Shown in pieces: positions 29,541 through 44,545 of a stretch of DNA of 64,000 nt (position 1 is the first letter of the stretch; each line of letters starts with the position of its first letter). The position numbers were made by a program, and so were the translations under genes. The notes beneath the pieces are model-generated. The model searched no databases and had not been told where the DNA came from. It saw only the letters and a program-made list of their open reading frames with translations. Source of the DNA: Nemertoderma westbladi. Taxonomy: Eukaryota; Animalia; Xenacoelomorpha. Where the stretch lies: NCBI GenBank assembly GCA_032718475.1, contig JAUCBJ010006714.1, forward strand, positions 101,162-165,161, read 5' to 3'.

Positions 29541-32500
29541 GTTTTAGCCACTATCCGTAATGTAACAACATCTACGCGTTTTAGTTTTAGCCACTATCCG
29601 TAATGTAACAACATCTACGCGTTTTAGTTTTAGCCACTATCCGTAATGTAACAACATCTACGTGTTTTAGTTTTAGCCACTATCCGTAATGTAACAACGT
29701 CTACGTGTTTTAGTTTTAGCCACTATCCGTAATGTAACAACATCTACGCGTTTTAGTTTTAGCCACTATCCGTAATGTCCCAACGTCTACGCGTTTTAGT
29801 TTTAGCCACTATCCGTAATGTAACAACATCTACGTGTTTTAGTTTTAGCCACTATCCGTAATGTAACAACGTCTACGTGTTTTAGTTTTAGCCACTATCC
29901 GTAATGTAACAACATCTACGCGTTTTAGTTTTAGCCACTAACCGTAATGTCACGACGTCTACGCGTTTTAGTTTTAGCCACTATCCGTAATGTAACAACA
30001 TCTACGTGTTTTAGTTTTAGCCACTAACCGTAATGTCACGACGTCTACGTGTTTTAGTTTTAGCCACTATCCGTAATGTAACAACATCTACGCGTTTTAG
30101 TTTTAGCCACTAACCGTAATGTCACGACGTCTACGTGTTTTAGTTTTAGCCACTATCCGTAATGTAACAACATCTACGCGTTTTAGTTTTAGCCACTAAC
30201 CGTAATGTCACGACGTCTACGTGTTTTAGTTTTAGCCACTATCCGTAATGTAACAACGTCTACGTGTTTTAGTTTTAGCCACTATCCGTAATGTAACAAC
30301 ATCTACGCGTTTTAGTTTTAGCCACTAACCGTAATGTCACGACGTCTACGTGTTTTAGTTTTAGCCACTATCCGTAATGTAACAACGTCTACGTGTTTTA
30401 GTTTTAGCCACTATCCGTAATGTAACAACATCTACGCGTTTTAGTTTTAGCCACTAACCGTAATGTCACGACGTCTACGTGTTTTAGTTTTAGCCACTAT
30501 CCGTAATGTAACAACATCTACGCGTTTTAGTTTTAGCCACTAACCGTAATGTCACGACGTCTACGTGTTTTAGTTTTAGCCACTATCCGTAATGTAACAA
30601 CGTCTACGTGTTTTAGTTTTAGCCACTATCCGTAATGTAACAACATCTACGTGTTTTAGTTTTAGCCACTATCCGTAATGTCACAACGTCTACGCGTTTT
30701 AGTTTTAGCCACTATCCGTAATGTAACAACATCTACGTGTTTTAGTTTTAGCCACTATCCGTAATGTAACAACATCTACGTGTTTTAGTTTTAGCCACTA
30801 TCCGTAATGTAACAACATCTACGCGTTTTAGTTTTAGCCACTATCCGTAATGTCACGACGTCTACGCGTTTTAGTTTTAGCCACTATCCGTAATGTCACG
30901 ACGTCTACGCGTTTTAGTTTTAGCCACTATCCGTAATGTAACAACATCTACGCGTTTTAGTTTTAGCCACTATCCGTAATGTAACAACGTCTACGCGTTT
31001 TAGTTTTAGCCACTATCCGTAATGTAACAACGTCTACGCGTTTTAGTTTTAGCCACTATCCGTAATGTCACAACGTCTACGCGTTTTAGTTTTAGCCACT
31101 ATCCGTAATGTCACGACGTCTACGCGTTTTAGTTTTAGCTACCAACCGTAATGTAACAACGTCTACGCGTTTTAGTTTTAGCCACTATCCGTAATGTAAC
31201 AACGTCTACGCGTTTTAGTTTTAGCCACTATCCGTAATGTCACAACGTCTACGCGTTTTAGTTTTAGCCACTATCCGTAATGTCACGACGTCTACGCGTT
31301 TTAGTTTTAGCTACCAACCGTAATGTAACAACGTCTACGCGTTTTAGTTTTAGCCACTATCCGTAATGTAACAACGTCTACGCGTTTTAGTTTTAGCCAC
31401 TATCCGTAATGTAACAACGTCTACGCGTTTTAGTTTTAGCCACTATCCGTAATGTAACAACGTCTACGCGTTTTAGTTTTAGCCACTATCCGTAATGTAA
31501 CAACGTCTACGCGTTTTAGTTTTAGCCACTATCCGTAATGTAACAACGTCTACGCGTTTTAGTTTTAGCCACTATCCGTAATGTCACGACGTCTACGCGT
31601 TTTAGTTTTAGCTACCAACCGTAATGTAACAACGTCTACGCGTTTTAGTTTTAGCCACTATCCGTAATGTCCCAACGTCTACGCGTTTTAGTTTTAGCCA
31701 CTATCCGTAATGTAACAACGTCTACGCGTTTTAGTTTTAGCCACTATCCGTAATGTAACAACGTCTACGCGTTTTAGTTTTAGCCACTATCCGTAATGTA
31801 ACAACATCTACGTGTTTTAGTTTTAGCCACTATCCGTAATGTAACAACGTCTACGTGTTTTAGTTTTAGCCACTATCCGTAATGTAACAACATCTACGCG
31901 TTTTAGTTTTAGCCACTATCCGTAATGTAACAACGTCTACGCGTTTTAGTTTTAGCCACTATCCGTAATGTAACAACATCTACGTGTTTTAGTTTTAGCC
32001 ACTAACCGTAATGTAACAACGTCTACGCGTTTTAGTTTTAGCCACTAACCGTAATGTAACAACATCTACGTGTTTTAGTTTTAGCCACTAACCGTAATGT
32101 AACAACGTCTACGCGTTTTAGTTTTAGCCACTATCCGTAATGTCACGACGTCTACGCGTTTTAGTTTTAGCCACTATCCGTAATGTCACAACGTCTACGC
32201 GTTTTAGTTTTAGCCACTAACCGTAATGTCACAACGTCTACGCGTTTTAGTTTTAGCCACTAACCGTAATGTCACGACGTCTACGCGTTTTAGTTTTAGC
32301 CACTAACCGTAATGTCACAACGTCTACGCGTTTTAGTTTTAGCCACTATCCGTAATGTAACAACATCTACGCGTTTTAGTTTTAGCCACTAACCGTAATG
32401 TAACAACGTCTACGCGTTTTAGTTTTAGCCACTATCCGTAATGTAACAACATCTACGCGTTTTAGTTTTAGCCACTAACCGTAATGTCACGACGTCTACG

Positions 32501-35500
32501 CGTTTTAGTTTTAGCCACCAACCGTAATGTCACAACGTCTACGCGTTTTAGTTTTAGCCACTATCCGTAATGTCACGACGTCTACGCGTTTTAGTTTTAG
32601 CCACTAACCGTAATGTCACAACGTCTACGCGTTTTAGTTTTAGCCACTAACCGTAATGTCACAACGTCTACGCGTTTTAGTTTTAGCCACTAACCGTAAT
32701 GTCACAACGTCTACGCGTTTTAGTTTTAGCCACTAACCGTAATGTCACAACGTCTACGCGTTTTAGTTTTAGCCACTATCCGTAATGTAACAACATCTAC
32801 GCGTTTTAGTTTTAGCCACTAACCGTAATGTCACAACGTCTACGCGTTTTAGTTTTAGCCACTAACCGTAATGTCACAACGTCTACGCGTTTTAGTTTTA
32901 GCCACTAACCGTAATGTCACGACGTCTACGCGTTTTAGTTTTAGCCACTAACCGTAATGTCACAACGTCTACGCGTTTTAGTTTTAGCCACTATCCGTAA
33001 TGTAACAACATCTACGCGTTTTAGTTTTAGCCACTAACCGTAATGTCACGACGTCTACGCGTTTTAGTTTTAGCCACCAACCGTAATGTCACAACGTCTA
33101 CGCGTTTTAGTTTTAGCCACTATCCGTAATGTCACGACGTCTACGCGTTTTAGTTTTAGCCACTAACCGTAATGTCACAACGTCTACGCGTTTTAGTTTT
33201 AGCCACTAACCGTAATGTCACAACGTCTACGCGTTTTAGTTTTAGCCACTAACCGTAATGTCACAACGTCTACGCGTTTTAGTTTTAGCCACTAACCGTA
33301 ATGTCACAACGTCTACGCGTTTTAGTTTTAGCCACTAACCGTAATGTCACAACGTCTACGCGTTTTAGTTTTAGCCACCAACCGTAATGTAACAACGTCT
33401 ACGCGTTTTAGTTTTAGCCACTATCCGTAATGTCACGACGTCTTCGCGTTTTAGTTTTAGCCACTAACCGTAATGTCACGACGTCTACGCGTTTTAGTTT
33501 TAGCCACTATCCGTAATGTAACAACGTCTACGCGTTTTAGTTTTAGCCACTAACCGTAATGTCACAACGTCTACGCGTTTTAGTTTTAGCCACTAACCGT
33601 AATGTCACAACGTCTACGCGTTTTAGTTTTAGCCACCAACCGTAATGTAACAACGTCTACGCGTTTTAGTTTTAGCCACTATCCGTAATGTCACGACGTC
33701 TTCGCGTTTTAGTTTTAGCCACTAACCGTAATGTCACGACGTCTACGCGTTTTAGTTTTAGCCACTATCCGTAATGTAACAACGTCTACGCGTTTTAGTT
33801 TTAGCCACTAACCGTAATGTCACGACGTCTACGCGTTTTAGTTTTAGCCACTATCCGTAATGTAACAACGTCTACGCGTTTTAGTTTTAGCCACTATCCG
33901 TAATGTCACGACGTCTACGCGTTTTAGTTTTAGCTACTATCCGTAATGTCACAACGTCTACGCGTTTTAGTTTTAGCCACTAACCGTAATGTCACGACGT
34001 CTACGCGTTTTAGTTTTAGCCACTAACCGTAATGTCACAACGTCTACGCGTTTTAGTTTTAGCCACTAACCGTAATGTCACAACGTCTACGCGTTTTAGT
34101 TTTAGCCACTAACCGTAATGTCACGACGTCTACGCTTTTTAGTTTTAGCCACTAACCGTAATGTCACAACGTCTACGCGTTTTAGTTTTAGCCACTAACC
34201 GTAATGTCACAACGTCTACGCGTTTTAGTTTTAGCCACTAACCGTAATGTCACAACGTCTACGCGTTTTAGTTTTAGCCACTATCCGTAATGTAACAACG
34301 TCTACGCGTTTTAGTTTTAGCCACTATCCGTAATGTCACGACGTCTTCGCGTTTTAGTTTTAGCCACTAACCGTAATGTCACGACGTCAACGCCTTTTAG
34401 TTTTAGCTACCAACCGTAATGTAACAACGTCTACGCGTTTTAGTTTTAGCCACTAACCGTAATGTCACGACGTCTACGCGTTTTAGTTTTAGCCACTATC
34501 CGTAATGTAACAACATCTACGTGTTTTAGTTTTAGCCACTATCCGTAATGTAACAACATCTACGCGTTTTAGTTTTAGCTACCAACCGTAATGTCACAAC
34601 GTCTACGCGTTTTAGTTTTAGCCACTAACCGTAATGTCACAACGTCTACGCGTTTTAGTTTTAGCCACTATCCGTAATGTAACAACATCTACGCGTTTTA
34701 GTTTTAGCTACCAACCGTAATGTCACAACGTCTACGCGTTTTAGTTTTAGCCACTAACCGTAATGTCACAACGTCTACGCGTTTTAGTTTTAGCCACTAA
34801 CCGTAATGTCACGACGTCTACGCGTTTTAGTTTTAGCCACTAACCGTAATGTCACAACGTCTACGCGTTTTAGTTTTAGCCACTAACCGTAATGTCACAA
34901 CGTCTACGCGTTTTAGTTTTAGCCACTAACCGTAATGTCACAACGTCTACGCGTTTTAGTTTTAGCCACTATCCGTAATGTAACAACGTCTACGCGTTTT
35001 AGTTTTAGCCACTATCCGTAATGTCACGACGTCTTCGCGTTTTAGTTTTAGCCACTAACCGTAATGTAACAACATCTACGTGTTTTAGTTTTAGCCACTA
35101 TCCGTAATGTAACAACATCTACGCGTTTTAGTTTTAGCTACCAACCGTAATGTCACAACGTCTACGCGTTTTAGTTTTAGCCACTAACCGTAATGTCACA
35201 ACGTCTACGCGTTTTAGTTTTAGCCACTAACCGTAATGTCACAACGTCTACGCGTTTTAGTTTTAGCCACTATCCGTAATGTCACGACGTCTTCGCGTTT
35301 TAGTTTTAGCCACTATCCGTAATGTCCCAACGTCTACGCGTTTTAGTTTTAGCCACTATCCGTAATGTAACAACGTTTACGCGTTTTAGTTTTAGCCACT
35401 ATCCGTAATGTCACGACGTCTACGCGTTTTAGTTTTAGCCACTATCCGTAATGTCCCAACGTCTACGCGTTTTAGTTTTAGCTACCAACCGTAATGTCAC

Positions 35501-38500
35501 GACGTCTACGCGTTTTAGTTTTAGCCACTATCCGTAATGTAACAACATCTACGCGTTTTAGTTTTAGCCACTATCCGTAATGTCACGACGTCTTCGCGTT
35601 TTAGTTTTAGCCACTAACCGTAATGTCACGACGTCAACGCCTTTTAGTTTTAGCTACCAACCGTAATGTAACAACGTCTACGCGTTTTAGTTTTAGCCAC
35701 TATCCGTAATGTCACGACGTCTACGCGTTTTAGTTTTAGCCACTATCCGTAATGTAACAACATCTACGCGTTTTAGTTTTAGCCACTATCCGTAATGTCA
35801 CGACGTCTTCGCGTTTTAGTTTTAGCCACTAACCGTAATGTCACGACGTCAACGCCTTTTAGTTTTAGCTACCAACCGTAATGTAACAACGTCTACGCGT
35901 TTTAGTTTTAGCCACTAACCGTAATGTCACGACGTCTACGCGTTTTAGTTTTAGCCACTATCCGTAATGTAACAACATCTACGTGTTTTAGTTTTAGCCA
36001 CTATCCGTAATGTAACAACATCTACGTGTTTTAGTTTTAGCCACTAACCGTAATGTCACAACGTCTACGCGTTTTAGTTTTAGCCACTATCCGTAATGTC
36101 ACGACGTCTTCGCGTTTTAGTTTTAGCCACTATCCGTAATGTAACAACGTCTACGCGTTTTAGTTTTAGCCACTATCCGTAATGTCACAACGTCTACGCG
36201 TTTTAGTTTTAGCCACTAACCGTAATGTCACAACGTCTACGCGTTTTAGTTTTAGCCACTATCCGTAATGTAACAACATCTACGTGTTTTAGTTTTAGCC
36301 ACTATCCGTAATGTCACAACGTCTACGCGTTTTAGTTTTAGCCACTATCCGTAATGTCACAACGTCTACGCGTTTTAGTTTTAGCCACTAACCGTAATGT
36401 CACAACGTCTACGCGTTTTAGTTTTAGCCACTATCCGTAATGTAACAACATCTACGTGTTTTAGTTTTAGCCACTAACCGTAATGTCACAACATCTACGT
36501 GTTTTAGTTTTAGCCACTAACCGTAATGTCACGACGTCTACGCGTTTTAGTTTTAGCCACTAACCGTAATGTCACGACGTCAACGCCTTTTAGTTTTAGC
36601 CACTAACCGTAATGTCACGACGTCTACGCGTTTTAGTTTTAGCTACCAACCGTAATGTCACAACGTCTACGCGTTTTAGTTTTAGCCACTAACCGTAATG
36701 TCACGACGTCTACGCGTTTTAGTTTTAGCCACTAACCGTAATGTAACAACATCTACGCGTTTTAGTTTTAGCCACTATCCGTAATGTCACAACGTCTACG
36801 CGTTTTAGTTTTAGCCACTATCCGTAATGTAACAACATCTACGCGTTTTAGTTTTAGCCACTATCCGTAATGTCACAACGTCTACGCGTTTTAGTTTTAG
36901 CCACTATCCGTAATGTAACAACATCTACGCGTTTTAGTTTTAGCCACTAACCGTAATGTAACAACATCTACGCGTTTTAGTTTTAGCCACTATCCGTAAT
37001 GTCACAACGTCTACGCGTTTTAGTTTTAGCCACTAACCGTAATGTAACAACATCTACGCGTTTTAGTTTTAGCCACTATCCGTAATGTCACAACGTCTAC
37101 GCGTTTTAGTTTTAGCCACTATCCGTAATGTAACAACATCTACGCGTTTTAGTTTTAGCCACTAACCGTAATGTCACGACGTCAACGCCTTTTAGTTTTA
37201 GCCACTATCCGTAATGTCACAACGTCTACGCGTTTTAGTTTTAGCCACTAACCGTAATGTCACAACATCTACGTGTTTTAGTTTTAGCCACTAACCGTAA
37301 TGTCACGACGTCTACGCGTTTTAGTTTTAGCTACCAACCGTAATGTCACAACGTCTACGCGTTTTAGTTTTAGCCACTAACCGTAATGTCACGACGTCAA
37401 CGCCTTTTAGTTTTAGCCACTATCCGTAATGTCACAACGTCTACGCGTTTTAGTTTTAGCCACTATCCGTAATGTCACAACGTCTACGCGTTTTAGTTTT
37501 AGCCACTAACCGTAATGTCACGACGTCTACGCGTTTTAGTTTTAGCCACTAACCGTAATGTAACAACGTCTACGCGTTTTAGTTTTAGCCACTATCCGTA
37601 ATGTAACAACATCTACGCGTTTTAGTTTTAGCTACCAACCGTAATGTCACAACGTCTACGCGTTTTAGTTTTAGCCACTAACCGTAATGTCACAACGTCT
37701 ACGCGTTTTAGTTTTAGCCACTATCCGTAATGTAACAACGTCTACGCGTTTTAGTTTTAGCCACTATCCGTAATGTAACAACATCTACGCGTTTTAGTTT
37801 TAGCCACTAACCGTAATGTCACGACGTCTACGCGTTTTAGTTTTAGCCACTAACCGTAATGTAACAACGTCTACGCGTTTTAGTTTTAGCTACCAACCGT
37901 AATGTCACAACGTCTACGCGTTTTAGTTTTAGCCACTAACCGTAATGTCACAACGTCTACGCGTTTTAGTTTTAGCCACTATCCGTAATGTAACAACGTC
38001 TACGCGTTTTAGTTTTAGCCACTATCCGTAATGTAACAACATCTACGCGTTTTAGTTTTAGCCACTAACCGTAATGTCACGACGTCTACGCGTTTTAGTT
38101 TTAGCCACTAACCGTAATGTAACAACGTCTACGCGTTTTAGTTTTAGCTACCAACCGTAATGTCACAACGTCTACGCGTTTTAGTTTTAGCCACTAACCG
38201 TAATGTCACAACGTCTACGCGTTTTAGTTTTAGCCACTATCCGTAATGTAACAACATCTACGCGTTTTAGTTTTAGCCACTAACCGTAATGTCACGACGT
38301 CTACGCGTTTTAGTTTTAGCCACTAACCGTAATGTCACAACGTCTACGCGTTTTAGTTTTAGCCACTATCCGTAATGTAACAACATCTACGCGTTTTAGT
38401 TTTAGCCACTAACCGTAATGTCACGACGTCTACGCGTTTTAGTTTTAGCCACTAACCGTAATGTAACAACGTCTACGCGTTTTAGTTTTAGCTACCAACC

Positions 38501-41500
38501 GTAATGTCACAACGTCTACGCGTTTTAGTTTTAGCCACTAACCGTAATGTCACAACGTCTACGCGTTTTAGTTTTAGCCACTATCCGTAATGTAACAACA
38601 TCTACGCGTTTTAGTTTTAGCCACTAACCGTAATGTCACGACGTCTACGCGTTTTAGTTTTAGCCACTATCCGTAATGTCCCAACGTCTACGCGTTTTAG
38701 TTTTAGCCACTATCCGTAATGTAACAACATCTACGCGTTTTAGTTTTAGCCACTAACCGTAATGTCACGACGTCTACGCGTTTTAGTTTTAGCCACTAAC
38801 CGTAATGTAACAACGTCTACGCGTTTTAGTTTTAGCTACCAACCGTAATGTCACAACGTCTACGCGTTTTAGTTTTAGCCACTAACCGTAATGTCACAAC
38901 GTCTACGCGTTTTAGTTTTAGCCACTATCCGTAATGTAACAACATCTACGCCTTTTAGTTTTAGCTACCAACCGTAATGTCACAACGTCTACGCGTTTTA
39001 GTTTTAGCCACTAACCGTAATGTCACAACGTCTACGCGTTTTAGTTTTAGCCACTATCCGTAATGTAACAACGTCTACGCGTTTTAGTTTTAGCCACTAT
39101 CCGTAATGTAACAACATCTACGCGTTTTAGTTTTAGCCACTAACCGTAATGTCACAACGTCTACGCGTTTTAGTTTTAGCCACTATCCGTAATGTCACAA
39201 CGTCTACGCGTTTTAGTTTTAGCCACTATCCGTAATGTCACGACGTCTACGCGTTTTAGTTTTAGCCACTATCCGTAATGTAACAACGTCTACGCGTTTT
39301 AGTTTTAGCCACTAACCGTAATGTCACAACGTCTACGCGTTTTAGTTTTAGCCACTATCCGTAATGTAACAACATCTACGCGTTTTGTTTTAGCCACTAA
39401 CCGTAATGTCACAACGTCTACGCGTTTTAGTTTTAGCCACCAACCGTAATGTCACAACGTCTACGCGTTTTAGTTTTAGCCACCAACCGTAATGTCACAA
39501 CGTCTACGCGTTTTAGTTTTAGCCACTAACCGTAATGTCACAACGTCTACGCGTTTTAGTTTTAGCCACCAACCGTAATGTCACGACGTCTACGCGTTTT
39601 AGTTTTAGCCACTAACCGTAATGTCACGACGTCAACGCCTTTTAGTTTTAGCTACCAACCGTAATGTCACAACGTCTACGCGTTTTAGTTTTAGCCACTA
39701 TCCGTAATGTCACAACGTCTACGCGTTTTAGTTTTAGCCACTATCCGTAATGTAACAACGTCTACGCGTTTTAGTTTTAGCCACTATCCGTAATGTAACA
39801 ACATCTACGCGTTTTAGTTTTAGCCACTAACCGTAATGTCACAACGTCTACGCGTTTTAGTTTTAGCCACTAACCGTAATGTCACGACGTCTACGCGTTT
39901 TAGTTTTAGCCACCAACCGTAATGTAACAACGTCTACGCGTTTTAGTTTTAGCCACTATCCGTAATGTAACAACGTCTACGCGTTTTAGTTTTAGCCACT
40001 AACCGTAATGTCACGACGTCTACGCGTTTTAGTTTTAGCCACTAACCGTAATGTCACAACGTCTACGCGTTTTAGTTTTAGCCACTAACCGTAATGTCAC
40101 AACGTCTACGCGTTTTAGTTTTAGCCACTAACCGTAATGTCACGACGTCTACGCGTTTTAGTTTTAGCCACTAACCGTAATGTCACGACGTCTACGCGTT
40201 TTAGTTTTAGCCACTAACCGTAATGTCACAACGTCTACGCGTTTTAGTTTTAGCTACCAACCGTAATGTCACGACATCAACGCCTTTTAGTTTTAGCCAC
40301 TAACCGTAATGTCACGACGTCAACGCGTTTTAGTTTTAGCCACTAACCGTAATGTCACGACGTCAACGCGTTTTAGTTTTAGCCACTAACAGTAATGTCA
40401 CAACGTCTACGCGTTTTAGTTTTAGCCACCAACCGTAATGTCACGACGTCTACGCGTTTTAGTTTTAGCCACTAACCGTAATGTCACGACGTCTACGCGT
40501 TTTAGTTTTAGCCACTATCCGTAATGTAACAACGTCTACGCGTTTTAGTTTTAGCTACCAACCGTAATGTCACAACGTCTACGCGTTTTAGTTTTAGCTA
40601 CCAACCGTAATGTCACAACGTCTACGCGTTTTAGTTTTAGCCACTAACCGTAATGTCACAACGTCTACGCGTTTTAGTTTTAGCCACTAACCGTAATGTC
40701 ACAACATCTACGTGTTTTAGTTTTAGCTACCAACCGTAATGTAACAACGTCTACGCGTTTTAGTTTTAGCTACCAACCGTAATGTCACAACGTCTACGCG
40801 TTTTAGTTTTAGCCACTAACCGTAATGTCACAACGTCTACGCGTTTTAGTTTTAGCCACTAACCGTAATGTCACAACGTCTACGCGTTTTAGTTTTAGCC
40901 ACTATCCGTAATGTAACAACATCTACGCGTTTTAGTTTTAGCCACTAACCGTAATGTCACAACGTCTACGCGTTTTAGTTTTAGCCACCAACCGTAATGT
41001 CACAACGTCTACGCGTTTTAGTTTTAGCCACTATCCGTAATGTCACAACGTCTACGCGTTTTAGTTTTAGCCACTATCCGTAATGTCCCAACGTCTACGC
41101 GTTTTAGTTTTAGCCACTAACCGTAATGTAACAACGTCTACGCGTTTTAGTTTTAGCCACTATCCGTAATGTAACAACATCTACGCGTTTTAGTTTTAGC
41201 CACTAACCGTAATGTCACAACGTCTACGCGTTTTAGTTTTAGCCACTATCCGTAATGTCACGACGTCTACGCGTTTTAGTTTTAGCCACTATCCGTAATG
41301 TAACAACATCTACGCGTTTTAGTTTTAGCCACTAACCGTAATGTCACAACGTCTACGCGTTTTAGTTTTAGCCACTATCCGTAATGTAACAACATCTACG
41401 CGTTTTAGTTTTAGCCACTATCCGTAATGTAACAACGTCTACGCGTTTTAGTTTTAGCCACTATCCGTAATGTCACAACGTCTACGCGTTTTAGTTTTAG

Positions 41501-41923
41501 CCACTATCCGTAATGTCACGACGTCTACGCGTTTTAGTTTTAGCCACTATCCGTAATGTAACAACATCTACGCGTTTTAGTTTTAGCCACTAACCGTAAT
41601 GTCACAACGTCTACGCGTTTTAGTTTTAGCCACTATCCGTAATGTAACAACATCTACGCGTTTTAGTTTTAGCCACTAACCGTAATGTCACAACGTCTAC
41701 GCGTTTTAGTTTTAGCCACTAACCGTAATGTCACAACGTCTACGCGTTTTAGTTTTAGCCACTATCCGTAATGTCACAACGTCTACGCGTTTTAGTTTTA
41801 GCCACTATCCGTAATGTCACGACGTCTACGCGTTTTAGTTTTAGCCACTATCCGTAATGTAACAACATCTACGCGTTTTAGTTTTAGCCACTAACCGTAA
41901 TGTCACAACGTCTACGCGTTTTA

Positions 41924-44545
41924 GTTTTAGCCACTATCCGTAATGTAACAACATCTACGCGTTTTGTTTTAGCCACTAACCGTAATGTCACAACGTCTAC
42001 GCGTTTTAGTTTTAGCCACCAACCGTAATGTCACAACGTCTACGCGTTTTAGTTTTAGCCACCAACCGTAATGTCACAACGTCTACGCGTTTTAGTTTTA
42101 GCCACTAACCGTAATGTCACAACGTCTACGCGTTTTAGTTTTAGCCACCAACCGTAATGTCACGACGTCTACGCGTTTTAGTTTTAGCCACTAACCGTAA
42201 TGTCACGACGTCAACGCCTTTTAGTTTTAGCTACCAACCGTAATGTCACAACGTCTACGCGTTTTAGTTTTAGCCACTATCCGTAATGTCACAACGTCTA
42301 CGCGTTTTAGTTTTAGCCACTATCCGTAATGTAACAACGTCTACGCGTTTTAGTTTTAGCCACTATCCGTAATGTAACAACATCTACGCGTTTTAGTTTT
42401 AGCCACTAACCGTAATGTCACAACGTCTACGCGTTTTAGTTTTAGCCACTAACCGTAATGTCACGACGTCAACGCCTTTTAGTTTTAGCTACCAACCGTA
42501 ATGTCACAACGTCTACGCGTTTTAGTTTTAGCCACTATCCGTAATGTCACAACGTCTACGCGTTTTAGTTTTAGCCACTATCCGTAATGTAACAACATCT
42601 ACGCGTTTTAGTTTTAGCCACTAACCGTAATGTCACAACGTCTACGCGTTTTAGTTTTAGCCACTATCCGTAATGTAACAACATCTACGCGTTTTGTTTT
42701 AGCCACTAACCGTAATGTCACAACGTCTACGCGTTTTAGTTTTAGCCACCAACCGTAATGTCACAACGTCTACGCGTTTTAGTTTTAGCCACCAACCGTA
42801 ATGTCACAACGTCTACGCGTTTTAGTTTTAGCCACTAACCGTAATGTCACAACGTCTACGCGTTTTAGTTTTAGCCACCAACCGTAATGTCACGACGTCT
42901 ACGCGTTTTAGTTTTAGCCACTAACCGTAATGTCACGACGTCAACGCCTTTTAGTTTTAGCTACCAACCGTAATGTCACAACGTCTACGCGTTTTAGTTT
43001 TAGCCACTATCCGTAATGTCACAACGTCTACGCGTTTTAGTTTTAGCCACTATCCGTAATGTAACAACGTCTACGCGTTTTAGTTTTAGCCACTATCCGT
43101 AATGTAACAACATCTACGCGTTTTAGTTTTAGCCACTAACCGTAATGTCACAACGTCTACGCGTTTTAGTTTTAGCCACTAACCGTAATGTCACGACGTC
43201 AACGCCTTTTAGTTTTAGCTACCAACCGTAATGTCACAACGTCTACGCGTTTTAGTTTTAGCCACTATCCGTAATGTCACAACGTCTACGCGTTTTAGTT
43301 TTAGCCACTATCCGTAATGTAACAACGTCTACGCGTTTTAGTTTTAGCCACTATCCGTAATGTAACAACATCTACGCGTTTTAGTTTTAGCCACTAACCG
43401 TAATGTCACAACGTCTACGCGTTTTAGTTTTAGCCACTATCCGTAATGTCACAACGTCTACGCGTTTTAGTTTTAGCCACTATCCGTAATGTCACGACGT
43501 CTACGCGTTTTAGTTTTAGCCACTATCCGTAATGTAACAACATCTACGCGTTTTAGTTTTAGCCACTAACCGTAATGTCACAACGTCTACGCGTTTTAGT
43601 TTTAGCCACTATCCGTAATGTAACAACATCTACGCGTTTTGTTTTAGCCACTAACCGTAATGTCACAACGTCTACGCGTTTTAGTTTTAGCCACCAACCG
43701 TAATGTCACAACGTCTACGCGTTTTAGTTTTAGCCACCAACCGTAATGTCACAACGTCTACGCGTTTTAGTTTTAGCCACTAACCGTAATGTCACAACGT
43801 CTACGCGTTTTAGTTTTAGCCACCAACCGTAATGTCACGACGTCTACGCGTTTTAGTTTTAGCCACTAACCGTAATGTCACGACGTCAACGCCTTTTAGT
43901 TTTAGCTACCAACCGTAATGTCACAACGTCTACGCGTTTTAGTTTTAGCCACTATCCGTAATGTCACAACGTCTACGCGTTTTAGTTTTAGCCACTATCC
44001 GTAATGTAACAACGTCTACGCGTTTTAGTTTTAGCCACTATCCGTAATGTAACAACATCTACGCGTTTTAGTTTTAGCCACTAACCGTAATGTCACAACG
44101 TCTACGCGTTTTAGTTTTAGCCACCAACCGTAATGTCACAACGTCTACGCGTTTTAGTTTTAGCCACCAACCGTAATGTCACAACGTCTACGCGTTTTAG
44201 TTTTAGCCACTAACCGTAATGTCACAACGTCTACGCGTTTTAGTTTTAGCCACCAACCGTAATGTCACGACGTCTACGCGTTTTAGTTTTAGCCACTAAC
44301 CGTAATGTCACGACGTCAACGCCTTTTAGTTTTAGCTACCAACCGTAATGTCACAACGTCTACGCGTTTTAGTTTTAGCCACTATCCGTAATGTCACAAC
44401 GTCTACGCGTTTTAGTTTTAGCCACTATCCGTAATGTAACAACGTCTACGCGTTTTAGTTTTAGCCACTATCCGTAATGTAACAACATCTACGCGTTTTA
44501 GTTTTAGCCACTAACCGTAATGTCACAACGTCTACGCGTTTTAGT
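41924..44545. repeat. Cluster of an ~11-unit higher-order repeat, with an outlying copy at ~39345-39860
   Basis: A 42-bp unit lacking an A (GTTTTGTTTTAG) at 39382, 41961, 42691 and 43636, each followed by the same 11-unit variant string. A further copy without the deletion lies at ~44070-44540. Confidence 0.85.
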
